A stretch of DNA of 30,205 bases from Chitinophagales bacterium (GCA_042095635.1 JBELBA010000002.1:1-30205); one strand, 5' to 3'. Counted from the first letter of the stretch, positions 17,589-27,648 are shown. Notes: generated by a model from the letters alone, not told the origin. Program-made: numbers and translations.

Positions 17589-19316
17589 TTATAAATTCTG
17601 AATATAACCGAAATGAAATTTAGCATTTTTCACCAATAAATCATTGTTATCCTGTTTACCAAGCGCATAACTCATTGAAAACCGACCATTTTCCATACCG
17701 ATATGTAAAGCTAAACCAAATCCTAAATAATGATGTCTATCGAATTCATTTATTCTGTTTCCTGTTCCATAATTAACAAAACCTTCTAAACTTGAATTTT
17801 GCTGATAATAATAATGATAGGACATAGTAGATATTGCATAATTAGCTAATCGTATTGATTGTTCATCGAAACCCCTCAATGTTTGCATACCACCAATTAA
17901 AAAACTTTCATTGGTTAATAAATATGGATTTGCATTATAACCTATAGCTAACTTTGGTACAATTACATGCACATCATTAATTTGCTTCGCCCACTCTATT
18001 TCTGCCTCTATTTTTAAATTTTGTTTATCATTAATTGTATCATAAATTTGAGAGAAATCTACATCCTCATCTTCAATGCTTAGTATTGCTTCATTTCTAA
18101 GAAATGTAGTTTGATATAATTTAGCGTTTAAACTTAGCTTGACTCCCTTCTTAAAAGCTATTCCATTATTACTACTTGAGAAAAAATAATTCATAAAATA
18201 ACCCAATGATCTCTGATCTAATTGTTCTGGTAACTGATTAGTGAGACGAATCAAATCAACTGGCACAGTTATCAAGGCTGTATTTTCTCTATCTAGACCA
18301 AATATGATATGATTCTTTAAATTAAATAAGTAATTCAAACCTAACTGTTGATGTACATTTTGAAAATTAGTGTCTATTCTTTGAAAGTTTAAACCGTAAT
18401 CGAAACCAATATTTAAACCTCCAATATATGGGTAATTCAATGCTAAATTTGCCAATTGTCCACCATTTCCAAAACCTTTCCAATCTAATTTAAACTCAGA
18501 CCCATATTGCATCGGATTATAAAGATGTAAAGCTACATCCCCTGTTAAAGTAATTTCATTTTCATTTGTTCCATTGTTTTGAAAACCAATAATACCCTGA
18601 AATTGATTAACTTCTTTTTCGTCTAGAAATAAGTCAACATCTAAATCCCCTCTCGTTATCCTATACCTTGACAATTGTAAAAATTCTGCAAATGGAATAT
18701 TTCGAACATTTTGATCGATAGCTTTCCATTTTTCCATATTAAACAAATCTCCAGGCTTAAAACCTATCACTGCAAAAATATATGAAGGTGCGATCTCTAA
18801 ACCACCTAAATTCTTAATATCACCAAAGAATAACTGCTTTCCTTTATCAATCGAAATTGTGCCAGCAATATTTGAGTCTGTCATCTCAACTTGAGTCAAT
18901 TGTACTTTAGCAAAAGGATAACCTGCGTTGTTTAACTCTTTTAACAATCCCTCCATATTCAATTCAAAAGCAAATGGACTTAATTTACCTTTAAATTGAT
19001 TTTGATTTAGCCCTATCTTTTTAATCAAATCCAGATTGGTCGAATCTTCATTAATTAACAACCATTGAAATGCTTTACCGGATGAAATATTAAGCTGACT
19101 ATCAATAAGATTGATCTGTGCTGCGAAATAACCTTTACTAGCGAATAAAATATAGACTTTAGAGATGATCTCTTCCTCACTTAAAGCATTTTCACAAATA
19201 TGCTCAATGGACTTCATTAGTCTTTTTGAACTTGCTTCTTCTACAACAATATCATACCCTTGACCAATTACATCAGTAACTAGCAATAACAGCAATATAT
19301 AAATCAACTTATGCAT
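17589..19316 (-). CDS. Omp85 superfamily (BamA/TamA-like) outer-membrane protein with POTRA-like region
   Basis: Signal peptide, POTRA-like segments (LNNAGYPFAKV...ISIDKG), beta-strand-rich C-terminus and loop-6 motif FLIGGMQTLRGF. Preferred start 19316; the ORF-track ATG at 19337 lies inside the aspS terminator hairpin. Confidence 0.75.
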   Translation of the reverse strand: MHKLIYILLLLLVTDVIGQGYDIVVEEASSKRLMKSIEHICENALSEEEIISKVYILFASKGYFAAQINLIDSQLNISSGKAFQWLLINEDSTNLDLIKKIGLNQNQFKGKLSPFAFELNMEGLLKELNNAGYPFAKVQLTQVEMTDSNIAGTISIDKGKQLFFGDIKNLGGLEIAPSYIFAVIGFKPGDLFNMEKWKAIDQNVRNIPFAEFLQLSRYRITRGDLDVDLFLDEKEVNQFQGIIGFQNNGTNENEITLTGDVALHLYNPMQYGSEFKLDWKGFGNGGQLANLALNYPYIGGLNIGFDYGLNFQRIDTNFQNVHQQLGLNYLFNLKNHIIFGLDRENTALITVPVDLIRLTNQLPEQLDQRSLGYFMNYFFSSSNNGIAFKKGVKLSLNAKLYQTTFLRNEAILSIEDEDVDFSQIYDTINDKQNLKIEAEIEWAKQINDVHVIVPKLAIGYNANPYLLTNESFLIGGMQTLRGFDEQSIRLANYAISTMSYHYYYQQNSSLEGFVNYGTGNRINEFDRHHYLGFGLALHIGMENGRFSMSYALGKQDNNDLLVKNAKFHFGYIQNL

Positions 19317-19320
19317 GAAT

Positions 19321-19358
19321 AAAAAAAGCCTTTCCATAAAAATACGGAAAGGCTTTTT
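19321..19358 (-). terminator. Intrinsic terminator after aspS
   Basis: Minus strand GCCTTTCCGTA-TTTT-TATGGAAAGGC (11-bp stem, one G-U pair) followed by T7; an A5 tract on the other side. Confidence 0.88.
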
Positions 19359-19381
19359 AATTATTTAAAGTGATTTTTAGC

Positions 19382-21154
19382 TTATTTTAAAGCTAACCTT
19401 AACTCTTCTAATTGCTCAGCATCTACTTTACTAGGTGCATTTAACATGGTGTCTCTACCCTGATTATTTTTTGGAAATGCAATATAATCTCTGATTGATT
19501 CACTTCCACCAAACATTGCGCATAGTCTATCAAATCCAAAAGCAATACCACCGTGTGGAGGTGCTCCATATTCGAAAGCATCTAATAAGAAACCAAACTT
19601 CTCTCTTGCTTCTTCATCTGTTAAACCTAATGCTTTAAAAACTAGTGCTTGCTTATCTTTATCATGAATTCTAATTGATCCACCTCCGATTTCTACACCA
19701 TTAATTACCAAGTCATAAGCATCTGCGTTAACAGCACCTAAGTCCGTTTCTAGCTTATGCATATCTTCCGCTTTTGGAGAAGTAAAAGGATGGTGCATTG
19801 CATGCCATCTCTCACTATCTTCATCCCACTCTACCATTGGAAAATCTACTACCCACATTGGTTTAAATACATTAGTATCTCTTAACCCTAATTGATCTCC
19901 CATGTGTAACCTCAATACACCTAGTTGTTTTCTTGTTGCATCTTTATCGCCAGACAACAATAATAATAAGTCACCAGCTGCTGCATCAGCTGCTTTAGCC
20001 CATTCTGCTAAGTCTTCTTGAGTATAGAATTTATCTACTGAAGATTTGAAGGTCCCATCAGTATTACACTTAACGTAAACCATTCCTCTTGCTCCAACTT
20101 GTTGTGATTTAGCGAAGTCAGTTAATTTATCTAATTGCTTTCTTGTGTAATCTGCACAACCTTTTGCGTTAATACCAATTACTACTTCAGATTGATCGAA
20201 AACATTAAATCCTTTATTCTTTGAAACAGGAGCAAAGTCTACAAACTCCATTCCGAATCTAATATCTGGCTTATCAACACCATACTTCTCCATTGCTTCA
20301 GCAAATGGCATTCTAATGAAATCAGGTAATTCTACGCCTCTTAATGTTTTGAATAAGTGCTTTGTTAAACCTTCAAAAGTATTTAGAATATCCTCTTGCG
20401 TTACAAATGACATTTCGCAGTCAATTTGTGTAAACTCCGGCTGTCTGTCCGCTCTTAAATCTTCATCTCTAAAACATTTTACAATTTGGAAGTACTTCTC
20501 AAAACCAGAAACCATCAATAATTGCTTAAATGACTGCGGTGATTGAGGTAATGCATAGAATTCATTTTCATTCATTCTTGATGGTACAACGAAATCTCTA
20601 GCACCTTCCGGTGTAGATTTGATTAAGAATGGTGTTTCAATTTCTAAAAAATCTTTACCTGATAAATACGACCTAGTTGCTTGAGCAACCTTATGCCTTA
20701 ACATAATCTTCTCTTTAACGGGATTTCTTCTTAAATCTAAGTATCTATACTTCATTCTGATTTCATCTCCACCGTCAGACTCATCTTCAATAGTAAATGG
20801 AGGCGTTTCAGATTTGTTAATTACTTCAATATTAGAGACGAATACCTCAACCTCACCAGTTGGGATCTTATCATTCTTCGCATATCTTTCAATAACCTCA
20901 CCTTCAATCGTAATAACAAACTCTCTTCCTAAAGACTTAGCAGCTTCAATAACAGCAGTTGATGTTTTTCCTTCTTCTAAAACCAATTGAGTTACCCCAT
21001 ATCGATCTCTCAAATCAATCCACATCATTCCACCTTTATCTCTTACTTTCTGAACCCAACCGGATAGTTTTACTCGATTTCCAATATGAGCTGCTCTTAG
21101 CTCTCCATTGTTATGCGTTCTGTATGCTGCAGTAATTTCATTCATCACTTCCAT
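19382..21154 (-). CDS. aspS: Aspartate--tRNA ligase
   Basis: [72 protein letters not shown] and [14 protein letters not shown]. Confidence 0.98.
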   Translation of the reverse strand: MEVMNEITAAYRTHNNGELRAAHIGNRVKLSGWVQKVRDKGGMMWIDLRDRYGVTQLVLEEGKTSTAVIEAAKSLGREFVITIEGEVIERYAKNDKIPTGEVEVFVSNIEVINKSETPPFTIEDESDGGDEIRMKYRYLDLRRNPVKEKIMLRHKVAQATRSYLSGKDFLEIETPFLIKSTPEGARDFVVPSRMNENEFYALPQSPQSFKQLLMVSGFEKYFQIVKCFRDEDLRADRQPEFTQIDCEMSFVTQEDILNTFEGLTKHLFKTLRGVELPDFIRMPFAEAMEKYGVDKPDIRFGMEFVDFAPVSKNKGFNVFDQSEVVIGINAKGCADYTRKQLDKLTDFAKSQQVGARGMVYVKCNTDGTFKSSVDKFYTQEDLAEWAKAADAAAGDLLLLLSGDKDATRKQLGVLRLHMGDQLGLRDTNVFKPMWVVDFPMVEWDEDSERWHAMHHPFTSPKAEDMHKLETDLGAVNADAYDLVINGVEIGGGSIRIHDKDKQALVFKALGLTDEEAREKFGFLLDAFEYGAPPHGGIAFGFDRLCAMFGGSESIRDYIAFPKNNQGRDTMLNAPSKVDAEQLEELRLALK

Positions 21155-21174
21155 AGTTTATGTTTTAGGAGCCA

Positions 21175-21182
21175 CAAAGATA
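21175..21182 (-). promoter_or_regulatory. -7 element of the aspS promoter
   Basis: Minus strand TATCTTTG, an exact TAnnTTTG match, 20 nt upstream of the aspS ATG. Confidence 0.75.
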
Positions 21183-21187
21183 TCAAT

Positions 21188-21218
21188 TTTCACATTCAAG
21201 TTATAACTTCTAAATTAG
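21188..21218 (+). promoter_or_regulatory. Candidate rnhB promoter giving a near-leaderless mRNA
   Basis: TTTC-N19-TAAATTAG, a variant of TTTG-N19-21-TAnnTTTG; the -7 box ends 3 nt before the ATG at 21222. Confidence 0.45.
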
Positions 21219-21221
21219 CAT

Positions 21222-21815
21222 ATGCTTGAGCCTTTCAAATATGTAGATAAAATTGAAGCTGGATGCGATGAAGCAGGCAGAGGACCTTTGGCTGGACCTG
21301 TTACTGCTTCTGCTGTTATCTTACCAAAAGACTTTAAACATCCATTACTGAATGACTCTAAGAAATTAAGTGAAAAACAAAGAGATCTATTACGTCCTAT
21401 TATTGAGAAAGAAGCCATTGCATGGCATGTATCCATCATTGAACGTACTAAAATTGATGAAATTAATATATTAAATGCTTCTTTTTATGGTATGCATGAG
21501 GCAGTGAATCAGCTTTCGACGAAGCCTGAATTGTTATTAATAGATGGTAATCGTTTTAATGCACATGAAATACCTCATGAATGCATTATTAAAGGGGATG
21601 GAAAATATCTTTCAATAGCAGCAGCATCCGTATTGGCTAAAACTTATAGAGATGAAATCATGGAAAAACTGCATGATGAATTCCCAGTATACAATTGGAA
21701 AAAGAATAAAGGCTATCCAACCAAAGAACATAGACAAGCTGTAATGGAACATGGCATTACACCTTATCATAGAAAAAGCTTTAATTTAAATTTTCAAGCA
21801 GACCTTTTCGCTTAG
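21222..21815 (+). CDS. rnhB: Ribonuclease HII
   Basis: [41 protein letters not shown] and NKGYPT...HR. Confidence 0.97.
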   Translation: MLEPFKYVDKIEAGCDEAGRGPLAGPVTASAVILPKDFKHPLLNDSKKLSEKQRDLLRPIIEKEAIAWHVSIIERTKIDEINILNASFYGMHEAVNQLSTKPELLLIDGNRFNAHEIPHECIIKGDGKYLSIAAASVLAKTYRDEIMEKLHDEFPVYNWKKNKGYPTKEHRQAVMEHGITPYHRKSFNLNFQADLFA

Positions 21816-21817
21816 AA

Positions 21818-23056
21818 ATGCTATCTACTCCAATCAAAACATATCAGTTATTATTTGGCATCGTCTTATTAGAGATCATTTGCCATACCTTATTTATCAA
21901 TATTGGATTAGAAGAATTTATTTCAATGTCCTACCTTTTTGCAGGTATTGCTATAGGAATAATGCCCTTCCTTAAAACAAAGGATCAATCGATAAAATGG
22001 GTGAACCAGATATTTGATTTCAAGTTGATAACACCAATTGCATTTTCATTATTTTTAACAACGATTGTTTTTGCTATCATCAAAAGCTATCTAGACTTTC
22101 AAAGTCATCCATTAGATTACACGCAAGCAGACATGCTTCCTATTATTCAAATAATGTGTAATCGATTGATTAATGGAGAAGCTGTTTATGCAATTATACC
22201 TGAAATATGGGATGGGATGACCCCTATTTATTTACCGGCCATGTGGTTTCCATACATTCCTAGTGTTTTATTCGACTTCGACCCTAGATGGATATCCTTA
22301 ATAGCGCTATTTGCTTCTGCAGGGCTAGTTGTATCATTAGCTAAGAATCATTTATCTAAGCAATTAAAAGCTTTAGTTTACCTATCAATTTCTACCTTAT
22401 TATTAGGGATAATGATTGGAGACTTCTCTTTAATTAGACATACAGAAGAGCCCGTAGTTATTTTCTATTATACCTTATTAGGATATGCTATTCTAAATCA
22501 AAATAAAACATTATTAATAATTGCATTAAGCTTATGCTTCTTGAGTAGATATGCATTGATATTTTGGGCGATCATGTATGCCATCTATTATTTCTTTAAG
22601 ATTGATAAAAAAGAGGCTATTAAGATCTTTATTGGTACAGCGATTTTAAGTGCTTTAATAATGTGGTTTTTTGAAGGTTTTGAAAACCTGGATGTGTTTA
22701 TCGGCTTAAAAGACAATTATATTGAAGCTTTACCAGAGAACAAATGGAAATATAGACCATTAATCAATGATGGTTTAGGAATAGCTAAGTTCTTCACTTA
22801 TGAGAGCCTAAGTACACTTCATAGCCTACATTTTTATAGTGCAATAATTATCCCTTTATTTTTATTAATGATTGGCTTTAAGAACAAAACAATTATCAAT
22901 CATCGATTATTTGGATGGGCTAGCTTAAAATTGAGCTTAGTTTTCTTCTTTAACTTACTGATTATCCCTTATGCTTATTTATTCTATTCTAGTACGATCT
23001 TATCACTATTATTCTTGGTAGACTATTTGAATAAGCAATCGAATGTTGAAGAATAA
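21818..23056 (+). CDS. Polytopic membrane protein, possibly a GT-C-type (GT87/DUF2029-like) glycosyltransferase
   Basis: About 10 hydrophobic segments, with a large first loop holding ADMLPII and PIYLP and a later HTEEP. The family assignment is by resemblance only. Confidence 0.45.
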   Translation: MLSTPIKTYQLLFGIVLLEIICHTLFINIGLEEFISMSYLFAGIAIGIMPFLKTKDQSIKWVNQIFDFKLITPIAFSLFLTTIVFAIIKSYLDFQSHPLDYTQADMLPIIQIMCNRLINGEAVYAIIPEIWDGMTPIYLPAMWFPYIPSVLFDFDPRWISLIALFASAGLVVSLAKNHLSKQLKALVYLSISTLLLGIMIGDFSLIRHTEEPVVIFYYTLLGYAILNQNKTLLIIALSLCFLSRYALIFWAIMYAIYYFFKIDKKEAIKIFIGTAILSALIMWFFEGFENLDVFIGLKDNYIEALPENKWKYRPLINDGLGIAKFFTYESLSTLHSLHFYSAIIIPLFLLMIGFKNKTIINHRLFGWASLKLSLVFFFNLLIIPYAYLFYSSTILSLLFLVDYLNKQSNVEE

Positions 23057-23090
23057 AAAAAGCCTCGATCCTTGTTTGGATCGAGGCTTT
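23055..23090. terminator. Intrinsic terminator between the convergent membrane-protein and RND genes (stronger on the minus strand)
   Basis: Perfect 13-bp stem AAAGCCTCGATCC-TTGTTT-GGATCGAGGCTTT; A7 on the left gives U7 on the minus strand. Confidence 0.9.
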
Positions 23091-23107
23091 CAAACAAATC
23101 AATAATA

Positions 23108-26100
23108 CTAAGCCTTTACTTTATCTCCGTATACTTTCCATTTGATTCTTTCCACGATTAGATACATCACTGGAACAATTACTAAAGTTAAGAAAGTAGC
23201 AAATGTTAATCCAAATATGATCGTCCATGACATTGGACCCCAGAAGATAACATTATCTCCTCCCATAAAGAATTGAGGATTAAAATCAGTTACCAAACTA
23301 AAAAAGTCAATATTAATACCCATAGCAAGTGGTATTAGACCTAAAATAGTGGTAATAGCTGTAAGTAACACTGGTCTTAATCTAATTTTACCACCGGCTA
23401 TAATGGCCTTAACTGTTTCCTGCATTGGGAGCCTTTGATCATCTTCTAATCCGAGTTCTAATCTTTTTCTAATTCGAATTAGGTCGGTATAGTCTATGAG
23501 TACAATAGCATTATTAACAACAATACCAGCTAAAGATATAATTCCGATCATAGTCATTATTACAACAAAGTCCATTTTGAAAATAACCAATCCAAATAAC
23601 ACACCTATAATGGAAAACAAAACAGATAGAACTATTATAATCGGTGAACTTACCTTGTTAAATTGAGAAACTATGATAAGATAAATTAACCCAATAGCAA
23701 TAAGTAAAGCGTTAGTTAGAAACTTCATGTTTTTAGCCATTTCCTCTTGTTCTCCTGTAAACTTCCAATTAACACCTGAAGGCATTTCATAACTAGATAA
23801 ACTAGCTTTAATTGCTTCAACAACCTCTGTGGCATTGGCATCATTTAATACATTTGATTGCAAAGAGATAACCCTTAATAAATCTCTTCGCTTAACGGCT
23901 GAAAAAGTAATTTTTTTCTCTGCTGTAACAACCGATGACATCGGTACTTGTGAAATTTTACCGTTGGTTTGATCTCTAAATGTAATCTTCTGATTGAGAA
24001 GCGTTTCTATGCTGTAACGATCTTTATCTTGCAATCTTACAACAATATCATAGTCATCTTCGCCTTCTTTATAAGTTGATATTTCCTTTCCAAAAAGAGC
24101 AGTTCTGAGTGTTGTACCAATTTGAGAAGAAGATAAATTAAGTCTTCTAGCCTTGGCTCTATCTATGTGTATAATTAATTCTGGCTTACCCATTTCAACA
24201 TCAGGCTTCAAATCTTCTATACCATATATACCTTGGCCATCTATATATGATTTCATTCTTTCTGCCTCTGCAAGTATTTGATTATAATCATCACCTGTAA
24301 TTTCAATATTGACAGGTTTTCCTTGCGGAGGTCCTGCTTTATCTTGATCTACAATCAATTGAACCCCAGGAAGTCCTTTCAATCTTTCTCTGAGTTGCAT
24401 CATCATTTTACTTGTAGAAATTCCTAGCCTGTCTTTAAATGGCACAAATGAAATTTGAATTCTAGCTTTATTAGGCGTTTGTCCAGAATTAGGTCCTTGC
24501 GCAGGATCTGACGTTCCTGAACCTACCTGACCAATAATAGACTCTACAATAACCTGTTTTTTATACTTTCCTGCAGCCTTTTTAGACAAAGAAGTATCGA
24601 TACTTTCCTGGAAATAATCCATAACAATAGATTCTACTTGCTTTTCCATTTGATTGGTAGACTCAATATCTGTTCCTATGGGTTGCTCAATAAAAACATT
24701 TAAATAGGATGGCTCAGTGATAGGGAAAAACAATACTTTTGGACTACTCACAGCCATTACTATAATAGACATTACTAGTAGTAAAGGCATTAAACCAAAC
24801 CAAACCAATGGGCGCTTCATTACCCTATTGAGAAAACGCTCGTACAATGCTTCTGTTTTTGGTAAAATAATAGTTTTAAAAATATGCGTACCCGGAATTA
24901 ATAGTATTTTATTAACCGTAATTAGAATAGATGAAAATAACATTAAAGTTCCCATTGATCTGAGTAAAACTGAAGAAGCTGGTCCATATCCCAAGAAGAT
25001 TAATAAACCTCCTACACTCAATAAAACCCCCACAACTATCCAAATACTTTTCCACTCATCTTCCTCTAATTTCATATACAAAGAGGTTAGCACAGGATTT
25101 ATGACTAAAGCAACAAACAGGGAAGAAGCCAATACAATCATTAGTGTCATAGGAAGGTATTGCATAAATTCTCCCATAGTGCCTGGCCAAAGTGCTAAAG
25201 GAACAAATGCTGCTAATGTTGTAGCAGTAGAAGCTATAATTGGCCAAGCAACCTCACCAGCTCCATAACGTGCTGCTTGTAAAGGTGAATAACCTTCGTC
25301 CATTAAACGGTAAATATTTTCTACAATAACAATACCGTTATCAACCAACATTCCTAAGGCCAAAACCAAAGAAAATAACACCATCATATTAAGCGTAACC
25401 CCAGCTGCATTTAGCCATATAAAAGCCATAAACATTGATAGTGGAATAGCAATCCCTACAAAAAGTGCATTTCTAAGTCCTAGGAAGAATAACAATACAC
25501 CTACTACCAATAATACACCGAATATGATGGAGTTTAATAATTCATCTACCTGACGCCTAGTCTTTTCAGACATATCAGAGGTAATAGAAATATTTAAGCT
25601 TTCTGGGAAAGTTGTTTCTTTAAGTTCTTCAATAATGGCATTGATTTCATCGGAAGCTTCAATTAAATTTTCGCCAGCTCTTTTAATAACATCAAGCATC
25701 ACTACAGGTTGAGAAAACTCTCTAGCGTATGACTCTCTGTCTTTACCTTCAAACTTAACTTGGGCTATATCTCTTAAATAAACAATATTGCCTTTTTCTC
25801 TTTTAACGATTACATTTTCAATCTCATCAGTGGAGGCAAACTCTCCTATTGCTCTGATATTCCTTCTAAATCCATCTACTAAAATGTCTCCACCAGATAT
25901 AGTTATATTCTCAGATCCAATAGCATTTTCAACATCTCTGAGACTTAGCTCTAAAGGCTCCATCTTTTTTAGATCTACTAAAATCTTAACTTCCTTTTCC
26001 TGTATTCCTCTAATATCTACTTTTGAAATTTGAGGTAAATCCTCCATTTTTTCCTCCAGTACTTTAGCATAATCTTCTAGCATTTCCATAGAAAAATCAC

Positions 26101-26572
26101 CAGATAAGTTAACATTCATCACTGGCATTAGCTCTGAAAAGTTCATCTCAAATATATTCGGATCTGCAGGTAAATCTTTTGGGAAATCAGGACTTGACTT
26201 CACGATATCCACCTTATCCTTTACTTTTCTTAGGGCCTCCGTTGGAGAAATATCAAAGCTAAAATCTACAATGATTGTAGCATATCCTTGTATAGAAGTC
26301 GAAGTAATTTTATCTACACCAGAAATTGTATTAATTTCTTTTTCTAAAGGTCTAGTGATTAGTTTTTCAATATCAAGTGGTGAATTTCCTGGATAAGGTG
26401 TACCCACATATATTTGAGGCATTACTACCTCCGGGAAAGCCTCTCTTGGCATGCCATTAAAAGCAGAAATACCTGCAAAAATAATGATAGCCATTATAAC
26501 TAAAACAGTGGTTCTATTGCCTACTGCCCAGCTGGATAAGCTAAACTTTTTTAATCCTTTATTTTCTTCCAT
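23108..26572 (-). CDS. RND efflux transporter permease subunit (AcrB/AcrD/AcrF family)
   Basis: Two TM blocks with large periplasmic loops; LGMLVDNGIVIVENI, GIVVNNAIVLID, RLRPVLLT and GLTFATFLTL. Confidence 0.95.
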   Translation of the reverse strand: MEENKGLKKFSLSSWAVGNRTTVLVIMAIIIFAGISAFNGMPREAFPEVVMPQIYVGTPYPGNSPLDIEKLITRPLEKEINTISGVDKITSTSIQGYATIIVDFSFDISPTEALRKVKDKVDIVKSSPDFPKDLPADPNIFEMNFSELMPVMNVNLSGDFSMEMLEDYAKVLEEKMEDLPQISKVDIRGIQEKEVKILVDLKKMEPLELSLRDVENAIGSENITISGGDILVDGFRRNIRAIGEFASTDEIENVIVKREKGNIVYLRDIAQVKFEGKDRESYAREFSQPVVMLDVIKRAGENLIEASDEINAIIEELKETTFPESLNISITSDMSEKTRRQVDELLNSIIFGVLLVVGVLLFFLGLRNALFVGIAIPLSMFMAFIWLNAAGVTLNMMVLFSLVLALGMLVDNGIVIVENIYRLMDEGYSPLQAARYGAGEVAWPIIASTATTLAAFVPLALWPGTMGEFMQYLPMTLMIVLASSLFVALVINPVLTSLYMKLEEDEWKSIWIVVGVLLSVGGLLIFLGYGPASSVLLRSMGTLMLFSSILITVNKILLIPGTHIFKTIILPKTEALYERFLNRVMKRPLVWFGLMPLLLVMSIIVMAVSSPKVLFFPITEPSYLNVFIEQPIGTDIESTNQMEKQVESIVMDYFQESIDTSLSKKAAGKYKKQVIVESIIGQVGSGTSDPAQGPNSGQTPNKARIQISFVPFKDRLGISTSKMMMQLRERLKGLPGVQLIVDQDKAGPPQGKPVNIEITGDDYNQILAEAERMKSYIDGQGIYGIEDLKPDVEMGKPELIIHIDRAKARRLNLSSSQIGTTLRTALFGKEISTYKEGEDDYDIVVRLQDKDRYSIETLLNQKITFRDQTNGKISQVPMSSVVTAEKKITFSAVKRRDLLRVISLQSNVLNDANATEVVEAIKASLSSYEMPSGVNWKFTGEQEEMAKNMKFLTNALLIAIGLIYLIIVSQFNKVSSPIIIVLSVLFSIIGVLFGLVIFKMDFVVIMTMIGIISLAGIVVNNAIVLIDYTDLIRIRKRLELGLEDDQRLPMQETVKAIIAGGKIRLRPVLLTAITTILGLIPLAMGINIDFFSLVTDFNPQFFMGGDNVIFWGPMSWTIIFGLTFATFLTLVIVPVMYLIVERIKWKVYGDKVKA

Positions 26573-26578
26573 AAGACC

Positions 26579-27646
26579 TTATTTTTTCACTTCTACGCTC
26601 TGACCTGCCTGTACAGATTTAGCACCTTTGTCAATAATCACGATTGGTCCAGCCTTCTTTTCTGACTCTAGACCTTTTAGAATGATTGTCTTATTGTTTT
26701 GACTCATTCCAGATTGCACATTGATTCTAGTTACTTTTTTATCGCTTGTTAATCCATAGATAAACTCTTGACCAGTTCTATCTTGTTGAATCAATCTTGC
26801 AGCCACTACATCTGCATGCTCTTTGTAATAATCTCTAACACTTACATCAGCTAACATATTAGGCTTAAACATCCCTTTCTTATTGGCCATGTTTACCCTA
26901 ATCTTAAAGGTTCTATTTCCTTTATTAATGAAGTTACCAACTCTAGCAACTCTAGCATCAAAACTCTCATTTAAAGAAGGGAAATTAACCTTCACCTTAG
27001 TACCCGCTTTTACCGTTGCGATATAATCTTCAGAAACATCTGCTTTGATATAAACTTCATTCAAGTTAATTACTCTGCAGAATTGCATTTGTGGAGCAGC
27101 CATTTCTCCTACCTTAGGAAAAATTTCATCTACTACACCAGCAAAAGGAGCTCTTAATACAAACTGATCTTTTTGCTTTTTCAATGTTTCCATCTTCTTC
27201 TGTAAACCTTCATAGTTTGTCTTAGCTTGTAAGAATTGCATTTCAGAACCAATTTGTTTTTTCCAAAGTCTATCTTGCTTTTCAAAAGCATTTTTTGCTA
27301 AACCTAACTGTGTTGCAACTTCATCCATAGAAGCAGAAAGTACATCTGCATCAATTGTAGCAATAATTTGTCCTTTAGATACTTTAGCTCCTTCTGTCAC
27401 TTTAATATCTATAATTCTACCACCTGCTTGTGGAAATACTAAAGCATTTTTCTCTACTTCTACTGTTCCATGCACATTAAAATAATGTTCAAAATTCATT
27501 TCTTCTACAGTAGTAATTGTTACTGCTTGCAATCCTTTTCCTTCAGTTTCAGATACAGCAGCATCTTTTACTTCTTCTTGAGGGGCGCAAGCTACCATTA
27601 AACTTGCGATCAACCCTAACCCTATATGTTTTCTCATTGTTCTCAT
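26579..27646 (-). CDS. RND periplasmic adaptor (membrane fusion) lipoprotein
   Basis: Lipobox LMVAC, lipoyl halves (GGRIIDIKVTEGAKVSKGQ; LRAPFAGVVD), alpha-hairpin and RTFKIRV. Confidence 0.94.
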   Translation of the reverse strand: MRTMRKHIGLGLIASLMVACAPQEEVKDAAVSETEGKGLQAVTITTVEEMNFEHYFNVHGTVEVEKNALVFPQAGGRIIDIKVTEGAKVSKGQIIATIDADVLSASMDEVATQLGLAKNAFEKQDRLWKKQIGSEMQFLQAKTNYEGLQKKMETLKKQKDQFVLRAPFAGVVDEIFPKVGEMAAPQMQFCRVINLNEVYIKADVSEDYIATVKAGTKVKVNFPSLNESFDARVARVGNFINKGNRTFKIRVNMANKKGMFKPNMLADVSVRDYYKEHADVVAARLIQQDRTGQEFIYGLTSDKKVTRINVQSGMSQNNKTIILKGLESEKKAGPIVIIDKGAKSVQAGQSVEVKK

Positions 27647-27648
27647 TT

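Noticed and set aside
21040-21060. Calling AspRS discriminating versus non-discriminating from the anticodon-loop motif (VRDKGG)
   Set aside because: The residue is neither the His typical of non-discriminating enzymes nor the Leu of E. coli; it cannot be decided without alignment and the genome's asnS/gatCAB content.
20316-21439. ORFs 20316-20546 (+) and 21215-21439 (-)
   Set aside because: Antisense to aspS and rnhB respectively.
906-23090. Five hairpins sharing AAAAAAGCC...GGCTT as a possible REP/MITE family
   Set aside because: Inner stems and loops differ, and all sit just downstream of stop codons; ordinary intrinsic terminators explain them.
24717-26033. ORFs 24717-25268 (+), 25056-25247 (-) and 25788-26033 (+)
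   Set aside because: Nested in the RND permease gene; typical shadows of hydrophobic coding sequence.
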